Shown piece after piece: positions 54,119 to 64,000 of a DNA stretch of 64,000 bases. The notes under the pieces are model-generated. The model was not told the DNA's origin, did no database searches, and worked only from the letters and a program-made list of their open reading frames with translations. The first letter of the stretch is position 1; the number at the start of each line of letters is the position of its first letter. Source of the stretch: Rhodothermales bacterium (lineage in GTDB: Bacteria > Bacteroidota > Rhodothermia > Rhodothermales > Bin80); contig CATQHT010000001.1 in assembly GCA_958296045.1 (NCBI GenBank), positions 965,395 through 1,029,394 of the forward strand, given 5' to 3'. The position numbers and the translations under genes are program-made.

Positions 54119-55198
54119 ATGATCCAGGTACTCACTTCCGACACCGCCGCTATCCTCGGCGAAGCCGCAGATGGATTGCTGTCGCACAAGTGCGCCACCA
54201 TCCCCCAGGAAAATCTGCACCTGCCCGGTCCCGGATTTGTAGACGACGTCTGGGGCGGCTCCGACCGCAACCCCAGGGTGCTGCGTGCCCTGCAGTCCCT
54301 ATTTGACAACGGACGCCTGCGAGGTACCGGTTACGTATCCATCCTACCAGTGGACCAGGGCATCGAGCATGCCGGCGGGGCATCGTTTGCGAAGAATCCG
54401 ATCTATTTCGACCCAGCCAACATCGTGCGCCTCGCCATCGAAGGGGGCTGCAATGCGGTCGCTTCGACCTACGGCGTGCTAGGAGCGGTAGCGCGCCAAT
54501 ATGCGCACAAGATTCCGTTCATCCTAAAACTCAACCACAACGAGCTGCTCTCCTATCCGAATACCTACGACCAGATCCCGTTCGCCAGCGTGCAGAACGC
54601 CTGGGACATGGGCTGCATAGGAGTCGGCGCCACCGTGTACTTCGGGTCGGAGGCTTCCAATAGGCAGATTCAAGAAGTTTCGGAAGCGTTCGCTGAGGCA
54701 CACGAGCTTGGTATGCTGACGATCCTGTGGTGCTACGTCCGCAACAGCGCATTCAAGATTGACGGGGTTAACCACGAAGCCTCCGCAGACCTTACCGGGC
54801 AGGCCAACCACCTGGGCGTCACCATCGAGGCCGACATCATTAAGCAGAAGCTGCCCACATCCAACGGAGGCTACGCTGCTCTGAACTACGGCGGATCCAG
54901 CTATGGCAAATTCGATGACCGGATCTATACGCGACTAAGCAGCGATCACCCCATTGACCGAACGCGCTACCAGGTGGCGAACTGCTACATGGGACGCTGC
55001 GGCCTTATTAATTCTGGAGGTGCCTCCGGTGCCAATGACATGCAACAGGCTGTAACGACCGCAGTGGTCAACAAGCGGGCCGGTGGTATGGGGCTGATCT
55101 CGGGGCGCAAAGCGTTCCAGAAGCCGATGGCAGAGGGTATAGGCATCCTCAACGCCATCCAGAACGTGTACCTGGACAAGTCGGTAACCATCGCGTAA
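54119..55198 (+). CDS. fbaB: class I fructose-bisphosphate aldolase (FbaB/DhnA type)
   Basis: Near-collinear with E. coli FbaB as I recall it: [96 protein letters not shown]. Confidence 0.95.
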   Translation: MIQVLTSDTAAILGEAADGLLSHKCATIPQENLHLPGPGFVDDVWGGSDRNPRVLRALQSLFDNGRLRGTGYVSILPVDQGIEHAGGASFAKNPIYFDPANIVRLAIEGGCNAVASTYGVLGAVARQYAHKIPFILKLNHNELLSYPNTYDQIPFASVQNAWDMGCIGVGATVYFGSEASNRQIQEVSEAFAEAHELGMLTILWCYVRNSAFKIDGVNHEASADLTGQANHLGVTIEADIIKQKLPTSNGGYAALNYGGSSYGKFDDRIYTRLSSDHPIDRTRYQVANCYMGRCGLINSGGASGANDMQQAVTTAVVNKRAGGMGLISGRKAFQKPMAEGIGILNAIQNVYLDKSVTIA

Positions 55199-55257
55199 TA
55201 GGCGCTCGCCAGCGGTGGCAGAACCCGCGTCATAATGCAGAGCGCCAATACGAACCC

Positions 55258-57093
55258 ATGATAGGCGAAGAGATTCCTACTGAGCTGGACGCAGGCACCG
55301 AACCGCCGGATCAGCCCACAACTGACGGTACAGTAGCATCAAACGAGGGGCGCCTCTTTGAGCGAGCAACGGCACATGCCCCCGGCTGGGCTACGGAAAT
55401 CGCCCGCAAATACCTGGGCGGCACCGTCAACCAGTTCATCTTGTACGGGAACGTCAGGGATCTTGTTTGTACCACCGGACCTGACGGACAACAGGACTAC
55501 AAAGAACTCGTAAGCTTCCTTACCGCCGAGCTATTTCAGACTCGCGACATCGTCGTGCTGTATGATCGGGCCGCGGGCATTCGGTTCGGAGACAATAACT
55601 CCCGTAACGTCTTCCGCACGTTTCTGCGCGCCTACGACGCGCGCAAAGGCACCACTTTTGCCAAGAGAGGCCCGGCAGACCCCTTCCGTGCACTGTCGCT
55701 GCTCGACAGCTTCGTCCGCATGGTGCTCGCTGACGGCAAAGGAGTAGCCTGCATCCTGGACTTTGCAGAAACCGTCATCCCCATGGCGGAAGCCGCCATG
55801 TACTCAGCCGAGGATCGCAACAGCATCGTGCTGCTGCAGCGTTGGGCGCACGACCAGTTCTTTTTGCGCAAAGATTTCACGGTGTGCCTGATTGCGGAGA
55901 ATCTCAGTGAACTCAATCAGCAGCATGTGCAGAGCCCATGGACCGCTGAGATCCTTATACCCATGCCTAACGCCGATGCCCGCCTGGCAATGGCCGAGTG
56001 GTACTGTACACCGTATCCTGGAGTGTTCGAAGTGAATTCGGAACTGCCCTTAGCGTCGCTGGCGCGCAACACGGCCGGCCTGAGCTTTATCCAGCTGCGC
56101 TCCATCCTGGCGGACACGATCCGTAACAAGATTCGGCTCACTTTCGATCAGCTCTTCGCAATGAAGAAAGAGCTGATCGAAGAAGCAGCCTTCGGCATGC
56201 TCGAGTTCGTGGAAACGGACTGGAACCTTGACATGGTGGCTGGCCACCGCGAAGCTAAGGTGCACCTGCGCCACGCAGCCATCGCTCTGCGCAAGGACCG
56301 CCAAGATGTCATGCCCATGGGCTACCTGGTGAGCGGCCCCGTCGGGACCGGCAAGACGTTTATGGTCACGTGCTTTGCTGGCGAGATCGGTATCCCGATG
56401 GTGAAGCTGAAGAATTTCCGGTCACAGTGGCAGGGGCAGACGGAAGGCAACCTGGAAAAGATTCTCAATCTGCTAGAGGCCATGCCTCCGGTAGCGGTGA
56501 TGATTGATGAGGCCGATGCCGCACTCGGCAACCGCAGCGCTCAAGGCGATTCGGGCGTGTCACAGCGGGTGTTCGGGCAAATTGCCGCATTTATGAGCAA
56601 CCCCAGCCATCGCGGTCGGATCATCTTTTTTCTCATCACCGCCCGTCCAGACCTGATGCCGATTGACCTTAAACGACAAGGCCGAGCGGAAGAACATATC
56701 GCGCTGTTCTATCCGTCCACCCGTGAGCTGCGCCTGGAATTGCTCCAAGTCATGATGAAGCGCACTGGCGTCGACATACCCATTGAGCAGGTGCCAGAAG
56801 CGCTCCTGAGTGGCGAGCGCACCTTCAGCGGTGCCGACATGGAAGCACTACTCACGCGTGCGAAGTTTCGGGCAGCAGCCTTAGGTACCGATGATTCCGG
56901 GGTGACACCAGAAATCCTGACCCACGTCGTGGACGACTTTATTCCTCCCTCGTACCCGCTCCAGGTCAGGCTGCAGACGATGGCTGCTGTCCTAGAAAGC
57001 ACCAGCCGCGACCTCCTACCCGAGCCGTACCGTAGTATGACGCGGCGTGAAGTAGTGGAGAAGGTGCGCGAACTCAAGCTTCTGGTCGACTAG
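55258..57093 (+). CDS. AAA+ family ATPase with a ~330-aa uncharacterised N-terminal region
   Basis: Walker A SGPVGTGKTFMV, Walker B VAVMIDEADAALG, and a C-terminal helical lid with SGADMEALL. Confidence 0.8.
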   Translation: MIGEEIPTELDAGTEPPDQPTTDGTVASNEGRLFERATAHAPGWATEIARKYLGGTVNQFILYGNVRDLVCTTGPDGQQDYKELVSFLTAELFQTRDIVVLYDRAAGIRFGDNNSRNVFRTFLRAYDARKGTTFAKRGPADPFRALSLLDSFVRMVLADGKGVACILDFAETVIPMAEAAMYSAEDRNSIVLLQRWAHDQFFLRKDFTVCLIAENLSELNQQHVQSPWTAEILIPMPNADARLAMAEWYCTPYPGVFEVNSELPLASLARNTAGLSFIQLRSILADTIRNKIRLTFDQLFAMKKELIEEAAFGMLEFVETDWNLDMVAGHREAKVHLRHAAIALRKDRQDVMPMGYLVSGPVGTGKTFMVTCFAGEIGIPMVKLKNFRSQWQGQTEGNLEKILNLLEAMPPVAVMIDEADAALGNRSAQGDSGVSQRVFGQIAAFMSNPSHRGRIIFFLITARPDLMPIDLKRQGRAEEHIALFYPSTRELRLELLQVMMKRTGVDIPIEQVPEALLSGERTFSGADMEALLTRAKFRAAALGTDDSGVTPEILTHVVDDFIPPSYPLQVRLQTMAAVLESTSRDLLPEPYRSMTRREVVEKVRELKLLVD

Positions 57094-57426
57094 GCCTGCA
57101 GCATACTGCACTACACAATGACCGAATCGATAGCAGCCGCGCTGCAACCTTCGGCAATGCGCACCCATTGTGCGCTGGTGATGTGCAAGACCTGCGAACA
57201 ACATAATTTCCCGCTTGGATCTACACGTTTGCGGGCTCTTGGTGCACGCTAAGAGCGGCGTCGTAGACGAATCGTCTACTGCGCATAAGGGCCTGATGCT
57301 CAAGTGGAGCTGGGAAGGCCCGATTTGCCTGCTGATGCCAGCGGGCGCTGCATATAACCGGTACGTTGATATTGTGCCTCCGTGCTCAGGACGCTTTGCC
57401 AGCCGCCTGTCAAAAGGATAACCCCT

Positions 57427-59217
57427 ATGCCGATGTTTCACCGATACGGCCGCATCCTGCCACTATTCTTCGTACTCCTGGCGGCCTTACCGCTTCTCGC
57501 GCGTGGTCAGGTGGACAGCGGCAACGAGATTCCCGAGGTCACCCGCACGTATGCGCTTATTAACGCCCGCGTGGTGCAGGCGCCCGGGCGCGTGCTCGAA
57601 CGGACCACCGTCATCGTGCGTGACGGACTTATCACGGCCGTCGGTACCGATGTCACCGTCCCCTTTGATGCCGAACGTATCGAAGCGGATTCGCTGACCA
57701 TCTACGCCGGATTCATTGATGCCCTGTCTCATGCGGGCATTCCTGCCCCGAAGGAGCAGCCGCGCCCAGAGCGGCCAGACAACCCAGGATTTCCACCCGA
57801 TGCAGAAGCCGGGATTCTGCCTGGCAGGGACGTGCGTTCGCTCTTAGAAGCGGACCACAAAAGCATTAAAGACCTTCGCCAGACCGGGTTTACGGCCGCA
57901 CATGTGGTGCCCAGAGGGCGAATGCTGCCGGGCATGGGTGCGATCATCCTTCTGAGTGACGGCTCGGTCAACGAGATGGTGTATACCGGAGAAACCTCGC
58001 TTTTTGCGCAGCTGGCGTCTGCCCGTAGGATGTATCCGGGCACAGATATGGCCGTGATTGCAAAGATGCGTCAGCTGTTCAGAGAGTCAGAACGCCGTAG
58101 CAGGCTCGAAAAGCTGTACGCGGACAACCCCGCCGGCATGCTACGACCCCAGTACGATCCGACCCATTATGCGCTCTTCCCGGTGCTTGAAGCAGACCGG
58201 CCCGTCTTCTTTCACACCGAAGATGCGCTGGATATCCACCGGGTGCTCTCGCTGCACCAAGAGCTGGGATTCAGCCTGGTACTTACCGGTGCTAATCAGA
58301 GCTTTGCTGTGACGGAAAAGCTGGCGGCAGCTGGCATTCCGGTGATGCTGACGCTGGACCTGCCCGAAGATAAGCGCGATAAGAAGAAGGACAAAGAAGG
58401 CGAGGACGACGAAGCGGAAGCGGATACCACCGCCGCCGCGCCTGCGACGGATACCGCCGGTGAGCTCCCTGAGGTCACAGAAAAGCCAGCGCATGATCCG
58501 AACCTGCGCGTGAAGGACTCCACCGATCTGGAAGCAGAAAAGAAGAATCTGGAGGCGCGACGTGACGCGCAGCGCCAGCGGTATCTGACCAACGCCGGGA
58601 TGCTGGCGAAGAATGGACTGACACTCGGATTCACGACATTGGACACCAAAGCGGCCGATGCGCTTCCCAACATCCGTACAATGGTGGAAAACGGGCTTTC
58701 GCAAGACGATGCGCTGGCTGCGCTTACCACCAATCCGGCCCAAGTGCTGGGCGTATCTGCAGCGATGGGCACCGTTGAGGCCGGAAAATTGGGTAACATG
58801 GTCGTAGCCGACGGCAACATCTTCGATAAGGAATCCAAGATTCGCTACGTATTCGTCGATGGCCGCAAGTACGAGGTGGAAGTGAAGAAGGAAGGCGCAA
58901 GCGATTCCACCGCGGCCGCAGCTGTAGCCGGGACGTGGACCTATACGGTCAAGACGCCAGAAGGCGAGATTAGCGGCACACTTACGATCGACGAGGATCT
59001 GTCAGGTACGATCTCCATGGATGTTATGCCAGAAGCGCTGGACATTGAGAACGCCTCCTTTGAAGATGGAGTCCTGACCTTCTCGTTTGATGTGGGGGGC
59101 ACCGAAATCGTGACCGTCACTGTTACAGTTGAGGGCGATGAGTTCGAGGGCGAGGCGACTACGTCTGATGGCCCCGTGCCCCTCTCCGGCAGCCGTGAAC
59201 CCGAAACCAATCTCTGA
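57427..59217 (+). CDS. amidohydrolase-superfamily protein (degenerate metal motif), secreted
   Basis: Signal MPMFHRYGRILPLFFVLLAALPLLARGQ. N-terminal beta-sandwich pattern ...VIVRDGLITAVG...IYAGFIDALSHAG (HxH replaced by LSH). K/D/E-rich insert DKRDKKKDKEGEDDEAEAD. C-terminal extra ~100-aa domain. Confidence 0.7.
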   Translation: MPMFHRYGRILPLFFVLLAALPLLARGQVDSGNEIPEVTRTYALINARVVQAPGRVLERTTVIVRDGLITAVGTDVTVPFDAERIEADSLTIYAGFIDALSHAGIPAPKEQPRPERPDNPGFPPDAEAGILPGRDVRSLLEADHKSIKDLRQTGFTAAHVVPRGRMLPGMGAIILLSDGSVNEMVYTGETSLFAQLASARRMYPGTDMAVIAKMRQLFRESERRSRLEKLYADNPAGMLRPQYDPTHYALFPVLEADRPVFFHTEDALDIHRVLSLHQELGFSLVLTGANQSFAVTEKLAAAGIPVMLTLDLPEDKRDKKKDKEGEDDEAEADTTAAAPATDTAGELPEVTEKPAHDPNLRVKDSTDLEAEKKNLEARRDAQRQRYLTNAGMLAKNGLTLGFTTLDTKAADALPNIRTMVENGLSQDDALAALTTNPAQVLGVSAAMGTVEAGKLGNMVVADGNIFDKESKIRYVFVDGRKYEVEVKKEGASDSTAAAAVAGTWTYTVKTPEGEISGTLTIDEDLSGTISMDVMPEALDIENASFEDGVLTFSFDVGGTEIVTVTVTVEGDEFEGEATTSDGPVPLSGSREPETNL

Positions 59218-59228
59218 CAGGATTTCTG

Positions 59229-60617
59229 ATGAAACACGCTTTAGTCATTATCGTCGTTGCGCTTGCGGCTGTTTGCCCGCCCGCTCAAGCACAGAACACG
59301 ACTCCGCGCGGCGATGTGCTGGTACGCGGCGGGACCTTGCTGACGGTGACAGGAGGAACGCTGGAAGACACCGATGTGCTTATCCGCGACGGCCGCATCC
59401 AAGAGATCGGACCCGGCATTGAGGCTCCAGATGGCATCAAGGTTATCGATGCTAAGGGGCAGTACGTGATGCCGGGCATCCTTGACGCACATTCGCATAT
59501 CGCTATCAGCAACGTCAATGAGTCTTCGGCACCGGTGACCGCCCAGGTATCCGTAGGCGATGTGCTCAACCCTTACAGCATTTCACTTTATCGGGCTTTG
59601 GCAGGTGGTGTGACCACCTCTCATGTGATGCACGGGTCGGCCAACGTGATAGGCGGGCAGAACGAGACCATCAAGCATCGCTGGGGGATCACCGATCCAG
59701 AAGGCCTTCGGATGGCAGGTGCCCCGCGGACCATCAAATTTGCACTTGGCGAAAACCCCACCCGGGTTCACGGACGGGGCACCAATATGCGGCCTGCATC
59801 GCGCATGGGGGTCGAATATGTGCTACGCGAAACGTTTAGCAAAGCGGTGCGCTACCAGGAATCCTGGGCCCGCTATGAAGAGGAAGCACGTCGCAACAGC
59901 CGCGCCGTACCTCCACCCTACAATGGGCAGCTGGAAGTGATGGCGGACATTCTAAGTGGAGACATCATCGTCAACTGCCACTCCTACCGGGCCGATGAGA
60001 TACTAATGCTCATGCGGGTCCTAGAGGATTTCGGTGTGGATCGTGTCACCTTTCAGCATGTCAACGAAGGCTTCAAGATTGCGCCTGAGCTGGCTGCGTT
60101 CGGATCGTCCGGGGCGGCGGCCTCCATCTTTGCAGACTGGTGGGCCTACAAGTTTGAGGTATACTACTCTACGGCCTACAATGCCGCCATCTTGACACGC
60201 AACGGAGTGCTTACGTCTATCAACTCGGACTCTGGGGAGCTTAACAGACACCTGTACCATGAAGCTGCTAAGTCCCAGAAATATGGTAGCCTGACTGATG
60301 ACGAGGCCTTGGCGCTTGTCACGATAAACCCCGCGCGGCAACTCGGCATCGAAGATCGGGTCGGCTCCATCGAGGTCGGCAAAGACGGCGACCTTGCGAT
60401 TTTTGACAAGCATCCGCTCTCGATCTACGCGGTTCCGCAGAAGACGATTGTTGACGGCATTACCTATTTCGATATCGACCGCGATGCCGACGATATGCGT
60501 CTTGCAGTGGATCCCGAGGCAAGCATAGATACCGTGATACTGCACGATCACTCTGATCACCACCGGTGCCTGCATGTGGGAAGCCTCGATCTGTACGGCT
60601 TGCTCGACAGCGAATAG
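59229..60617 (+). CDS. amidohydrolase (intact HxH metal site), secreted
   Basis: Signal peptide. VLIRDGRIQEIG...VMPGILDAHSHIAIS is the canonical amidohydrolase start. Later blocks HSYRADE and SINSDSG. Confidence 0.8.
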   Translation: MKHALVIIVVALAAVCPPAQAQNTTPRGDVLVRGGTLLTVTGGTLEDTDVLIRDGRIQEIGPGIEAPDGIKVIDAKGQYVMPGILDAHSHIAISNVNESSAPVTAQVSVGDVLNPYSISLYRALAGGVTTSHVMHGSANVIGGQNETIKHRWGITDPEGLRMAGAPRTIKFALGENPTRVHGRGTNMRPASRMGVEYVLRETFSKAVRYQESWARYEEEARRNSRAVPPPYNGQLEVMADILSGDIIVNCHSYRADEILMLMRVLEDFGVDRVTFQHVNEGFKIAPELAAFGSSGAAASIFADWWAYKFEVYYSTAYNAAILTRNGVLTSINSDSGELNRHLYHEAAKSQKYGSLTDDEALALVTINPARQLGIEDRVGSIEVGKDGDLAIFDKHPLSIYAVPQKTIVDGITYFDIDRDADDMRLAVDPEASIDTVILHDHSDHHRCLHVGSLDLYGLLDSE

Positions 60618-60641
60618 CGTTACCGCCCTCTGCCTTAAGCT

Positions 60642-61952
60642 ATGAAGATCATTCTCTCTCTTGTCCTCTGGGCAGCTGCTGTGGGGCCGACGGCCGTGCC
60701 GGATGAGCCGATAGCACTCACCAATGCCCGTATCATCACCGTAACAGGCGACACGCTTACCGACGCCACGCTGCTGATGCAGGCGGTCCGCATTGTGGCG
60801 CTAGGATCCAACGTCGACATCCCCGATGACACCCGCATCATCGACTGCAGTGGCCTTACCATCTATCCCGGCCTTATCGATACCGGTACGCAGCTGGGTC
60901 TCGTCGAGGTCAGCTCTCTCCCAGAAACCAGAGACGCGAGTGAGCTGGGTGACCTGTCGCCGCAGATGAAGGCACTGACCGCGGTCAACCCCAATGGCGT
61001 AGCTATCCCCGTTACTCGCGTCAGCGGCGTAACCACGGTGCTGACTGAACCTTCGGGCGGCATGCTGCCCGGACAGTCAGCGCTGATCAACCTGCATGGC
61101 TATACGCCGACACAGATGTATGCCGGGTTTTCGGCGATGACGCTGGCTTTTCCTTCGACAGGACGCAGGGGTCGGTTCGATCAGCGGTCTGACGAGGACA
61201 TCAAGAAAGCCACAGATCGGGCTCTGAAGAAGCTCAATGACACGTTTGATAGCGCCGAGCTTTACCATCGCATAGATTCCACGTACAGGGCGGACCCAGA
61301 GGAGGGGCGCAGGCCGGAGTATGTGCCGTCTATTGATGCCCTGCTTCCTGTCGTGCGATCTGAGCAGACGCTAATCATTCGCGTCAATGCGGCCAAAGAC
61401 ATCCTAGCAGCAGTTGACTGGGTCAAGGATCGGAAGCTGGAAAAAGTCATTTTCTCCGGCGTGGCCGAAGGATGGCGCGTGGCAGACAAAATTGCCGAAT
61501 CTGGAATACCATGCCTGGTGGGTCCGGTGCTTTCGATACCCACGCGTGACAGTGACCGCTACGACAAGGCGTACCGCAACGCGGCGTTGCTGCACGAAGC
61601 AGGCGTGAAGATAGCGCTGCGATCCGGCGAAACGGAAAATGCCCGTAACCTGCCGTACAACGCGGGTTTCGCGGCGGCCTATGGGCTGGGGGCGGGGGAA
61701 GCGCTGCGCGCCATCACGATTGTGCCGGCGCAACTCTTCGGTGTGGCGGATGAACGCGGCTCCCTCGAGGTTGGTAAAGAGGCAACCCTCTTTGTCACCG
61801 ATGGCGATCCGTTTGAAACGAAGACACAGGTGCACCATGTCTTCATCGGGGGATACGAAGTGCCCATGGAAAGCCGGCATACCCTCCTCTATGAGGAGTT
61901 TCTAATCCGCGAGCCTGGCCTTAAGAAGCACCGTCAGAACGACGACCAATAG
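60642..61952 (+). CDS. amidohydrolase-superfamily protein (degenerate metal motif), secreted
   Basis: Signal peptide. ...IYPGLIDTGTQLGLVE occupies the HxH position (no His). C-terminal ITIVPAQLFGVADERGSLEVGKEATLFV matches the family's C-terminal beta-sandwich return. Confidence 0.7.
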   Translation: MKIILSLVLWAAAVGPTAVPDEPIALTNARIITVTGDTLTDATLLMQAVRIVALGSNVDIPDDTRIIDCSGLTIYPGLIDTGTQLGLVEVSSLPETRDASELGDLSPQMKALTAVNPNGVAIPVTRVSGVTTVLTEPSGGMLPGQSALINLHGYTPTQMYAGFSAMTLAFPSTGRRGRFDQRSDEDIKKATDRALKKLNDTFDSAELYHRIDSTYRADPEEGRRPEYVPSIDALLPVVRSEQTLIIRVNAAKDILAAVDWVKDRKLEKVIFSGVAEGWRVADKIAESGIPCLVGPVLSIPTRDSDRYDKAYRNAALLHEAGVKIALRSGETENARNLPYNAGFAAAYGLGAGEALRAITIVPAQLFGVADERGSLEVGKEATLFVTDGDPFETKTQVHHVFIGGYEVPMESRHTLLYEEFLIREPGLKKHRQNDDQ

Positions 61953-62040
61953 AGCCACGGGTGGTCGCACAGAGCCAGAGAGCGGAAGCACCCGTGCCAC
62001 TGACTTGGGCGACCTTCGTGCATGCGCTGATGGTGAGTGC

Positions 62041-62856
62041 TCAGGAAGCTCTTTCCTCTTGTTTCGCTGCGTCCCAGTGGAGGTCCATCTCCGCCAAGCT
62101 CACATCGCGCAGCCTGCGCCCCTTCAGTCGATCCTCCATAAATGCGAAGCGCCGCTTGAATTTGGCATTGGCCGCGCGTAACGCATTCTCGGCATTTATG
62201 TCCGTGCGCCGCGCATAATTCACCAGAGCAAACAGTAGATCGCCAAACTCGTTTTCCCGATCATCTTGCGGCCCGCCCGACACCTCCCGAAATTCCTGGA
62301 CCTCTTCCTCCACCTTGGCCCAGGTGTCGGCTTCGGAGTCAAAGTCAAACCCGACGCCAGCCGCTTTCTCCTGCATACGATGGGCACTCAAGAGCGCAGG
62401 TAGGTGCGCTGGCACGCCGCCCAGCACGCGGCGCCCCTGGCGTTCTTTCTGCTTAATTTCTTCCCAGTTCGCCAGCACCTGATCGACGCCGTCAACCGAT
62501 TGCTCCCCATAGACATGTGGATGCCGGCGGACAAGCTTTTCGCAGGTTGCGTTCAGCAACTGCGACAGTGAAAACCTGCCCTCTTCTTCTGCCATGATGC
62601 TGTGAAACACAATCTGGAGTGCTAGATCCCCCAGCTCCTGCATCAGATCGTCATACCTGCCGCGCTCGATGGCGTCCACGGCTTCGTATGCCTCCTCAAT
62701 GATCAGATGCCTGACCGTCTCGTGTGTCTGGGCGCGATCCCACGGGCACTCTTTTCTCAGGCGTTGGACCACCTCGACGAGCGCTTCGAAGGCGTGGAGC
62801 GAAGGCTGGGTGGCGCGTTCTGCCGGATCAGGCGGCAATGTCATGGCAGTGGCCAA
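62041..62856 (-). CDS. mazG: nucleoside triphosphate pyrophosphohydrolase MazG
   Basis: Tandem MazG domains: LRKECPWDRAQTHETVRHLIIEEAYEAVDAIE, and a second EE..E...E.GDLLFALVN block. Confidence 0.9.
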   Translation of the reverse strand: MATAMTLPPDPAERATQPSLHAFEALVEVVQRLRKECPWDRAQTHETVRHLIIEEAYEAVDAIERGRYDDLMQELGDLALQIVFHSIMAEEEGRFSLSQLLNATCEKLVRRHPHVYGEQSVDGVDQVLANWEEIKQKERQGRRVLGGVPAHLPALLSAHRMQEKAAGVGFDFDSEADTWAKVEEEVQEFREVSGGPQDDRENEFGDLLFALVNYARRTDINAENALRAANAKFKRRFAFMEDRLKGRRLRDVSLAEMDLHWDAAKQEERAS

Positions 62857-63006
62857 AGTCTCAGGATTCCTAAACTAAGAGTTGATTGGCTGACAATACG
62901 CTGTCAGCGTTAAGCTGTAGTATAGGTACCGCCGCGCTCGTAAGCGTAGCCTTGTGCCGAAGGCACATCACAACGCCCTTAATACTCACATACCTGGAGG
63001 TACATC

Positions 63007-63660
63007 ATGTCACGAAGCGTAAACAAGGTTATCCTGCTTGGGAACCTCACACACGATCCCGAGGTTCGTACGATACCAAGCGGAGCGTTGCTGTGCAAGC
63101 TCCGGGTCGCTACCAACGAACGGTACAAGGACACTGCTGGCCAGTGGATTGAGCGTCCCACCTACCATTCGGTCATATTGTGGGAGAGACGGGCTGAGGT
63201 GGCTGAGCGTTATCTCAAGAGAGGCGACCGAATCTACATCGAAGGCTCGCTTCAGACTCGCAAGTACCAGGATCGAGACGGCAATGACCGCTGGAAGACG
63301 GAAGTGAAGGGCCGCGAGATGATCATGCTCGGCACCCGGGGCGGGCGTCGGGACTCCCAGCGGGATGGCGACAGCTTCGGTGGGCGCGGGTCGAGCGGCG
63401 ACTCCCGCACCGGTAGCAGCTGGGGCAGCGGGAGCCGCAGTTACGACGCTTCTGGAAGTCAGCGTTACCAGTCCGGTGACGCTGGGCAAGCGACAGAAGG
63501 TCCCGACCCAGCGGCCTCAGGCAAAGAGTCCGAGTACAGGGACAGTGGCACAGGAGGCCAAGCCCATTGGGACGATTCGACAACGGGCCCCGATGCCAAC
63601 GCCAGCACCGACCAAGCTTCGCCAGACGATGCAAACGCCGATACGGATCTTCCCTTCTAG
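63007..63660 (+). CDS. ssb: single-stranded DNA-binding protein
   Basis: OB-fold start VNKVILLGNLTHDPEVR..., YHSVILWERRAEVAERYLKRGDRIYIEGSLQTRKYQDRDG. Long G/S/D-rich tail ending in the acidic tip DTDLPF. Confidence 0.95.
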   Translation: MSRSVNKVILLGNLTHDPEVRTIPSGALLCKLRVATNERYKDTAGQWIERPTYHSVILWERRAEVAERYLKRGDRIYIEGSLQTRKYQDRDGNDRWKTEVKGREMIMLGTRGGRRDSQRDGDSFGGRGSSGDSRTGSSWGSGSRSYDASGSQRYQSGDAGQATEGPDPAASGKESEYRDSGTGGQAHWDDSTTGPDANASTDQASPDDANADTDLPF

Positions 63661-63832
63661 AGGTAGCCAATCGTGCGAGCCAAAGCTGGCATTAGGCTCG
63701 CTGCGACGACTGGCAGGCTTGGCGCCACTAACGCCAGACCACCCATGCAGTGGCTCTGAACCTCACCGCATCACGGCTGAACGGGCCGCATGCACTGGCC
63801 GCGCGGTGATTCAGCGCCAGAGGGTGCCTGAC

Positions 63833-64000
63833 CTACGTGCGGTCGCGGTACCGCGAGTAGCGAGAGCCGCCGCTGTTGCCGTTGCGCCCCTGCCAGCCAC
63901 CATACGAACTCTGGCGCTGGGACCGGCGCTGCTCGGCCTCATTGACACGGATCGTCCGACCCTGATGCTCCGACCCGTCAAGCTCGCGCTTGGCCGTGGC
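63833..64000 (-). CDS. RRM-type RNA-binding protein, C-terminal part (5' end outside window)
   Basis: Minus-strand read ..AKRELDGSEHQGRTIRVNEAEQRR.. is the RNP-type end of an RRM. An R/G/S/Y-rich tail follows, with TAG at 63833-63835. Too short to appear in the ORF track. Confidence 0.55.
   Translation of the reverse strand, partial: ATAKRELDGSEHQGRTIRVNEAEQRRSQRQSSYGGWQGRNGNSGGSRYSRYRDRT

Noticed and set aside
63340-63660. Very long (~110 aa) G/S/D-rich tail of SSB.
   Set aside because: Disordered SSB tails ending in an acidic D-[LI]-PF tip are normal. The length is at the high end but not anomalous enough to report.

Overview
High-GC chromosomal window. By inference it comes from a Bacteroidota/Rhodothermota-type organism: two T9SS C-terminal sorting domains, DUF1080, DUF4159, and many lipoprotein and Tat signal peptides. 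Most of it is ordinary metabolic and envelope coding sequence: GH16 laminarinase with two tandem T9SS surface-protein paralogs, a PhoD-like phosphatase, sulfatase, rhaB, xylB, a DASS transporter, tsaE-tsaB-tsaD, fbaB, an AAA ATPase, three amidohydrolases, mazG and ssb. Two accessory segments stand out. (1) About 6.3-23.4 kb is a defence-island-like block. It holds a translationally coupled four-gene module: DUF499-type ATPase, a small ORF, a DUF1156-type Zn-ribbon DNA methyltransferase that is frameshifted here, and a PLD-SNF2 fusion helicase. An Mre11/Rad50-like pair follows, whose ATPase carries a hydrophobic hairpin where a zinc hook would sit. After that comes a DprA-like plus HAD two-gene cassette bracketed by inverted, decayed IS21-type istB-end remnants. 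(2) About 45.5-52.9 kb is a decaying region ending at the 3' side of tRNA-Arg(ACG). It holds a lipoprotein/peptidase-M15-like gene with three in-frame TAG codons and a G7 frameshift. It also holds a TnpB-only element with readable ends (18-bp imperfect inverted termini plus CTAAG on both flanks) inserted in one of two paralogous secreted-protein genes, and about 2 kb of ORF debris. No CRISPR array or rRNA was seen. All family assignments rest on motifs read by eye, and no database search was run.
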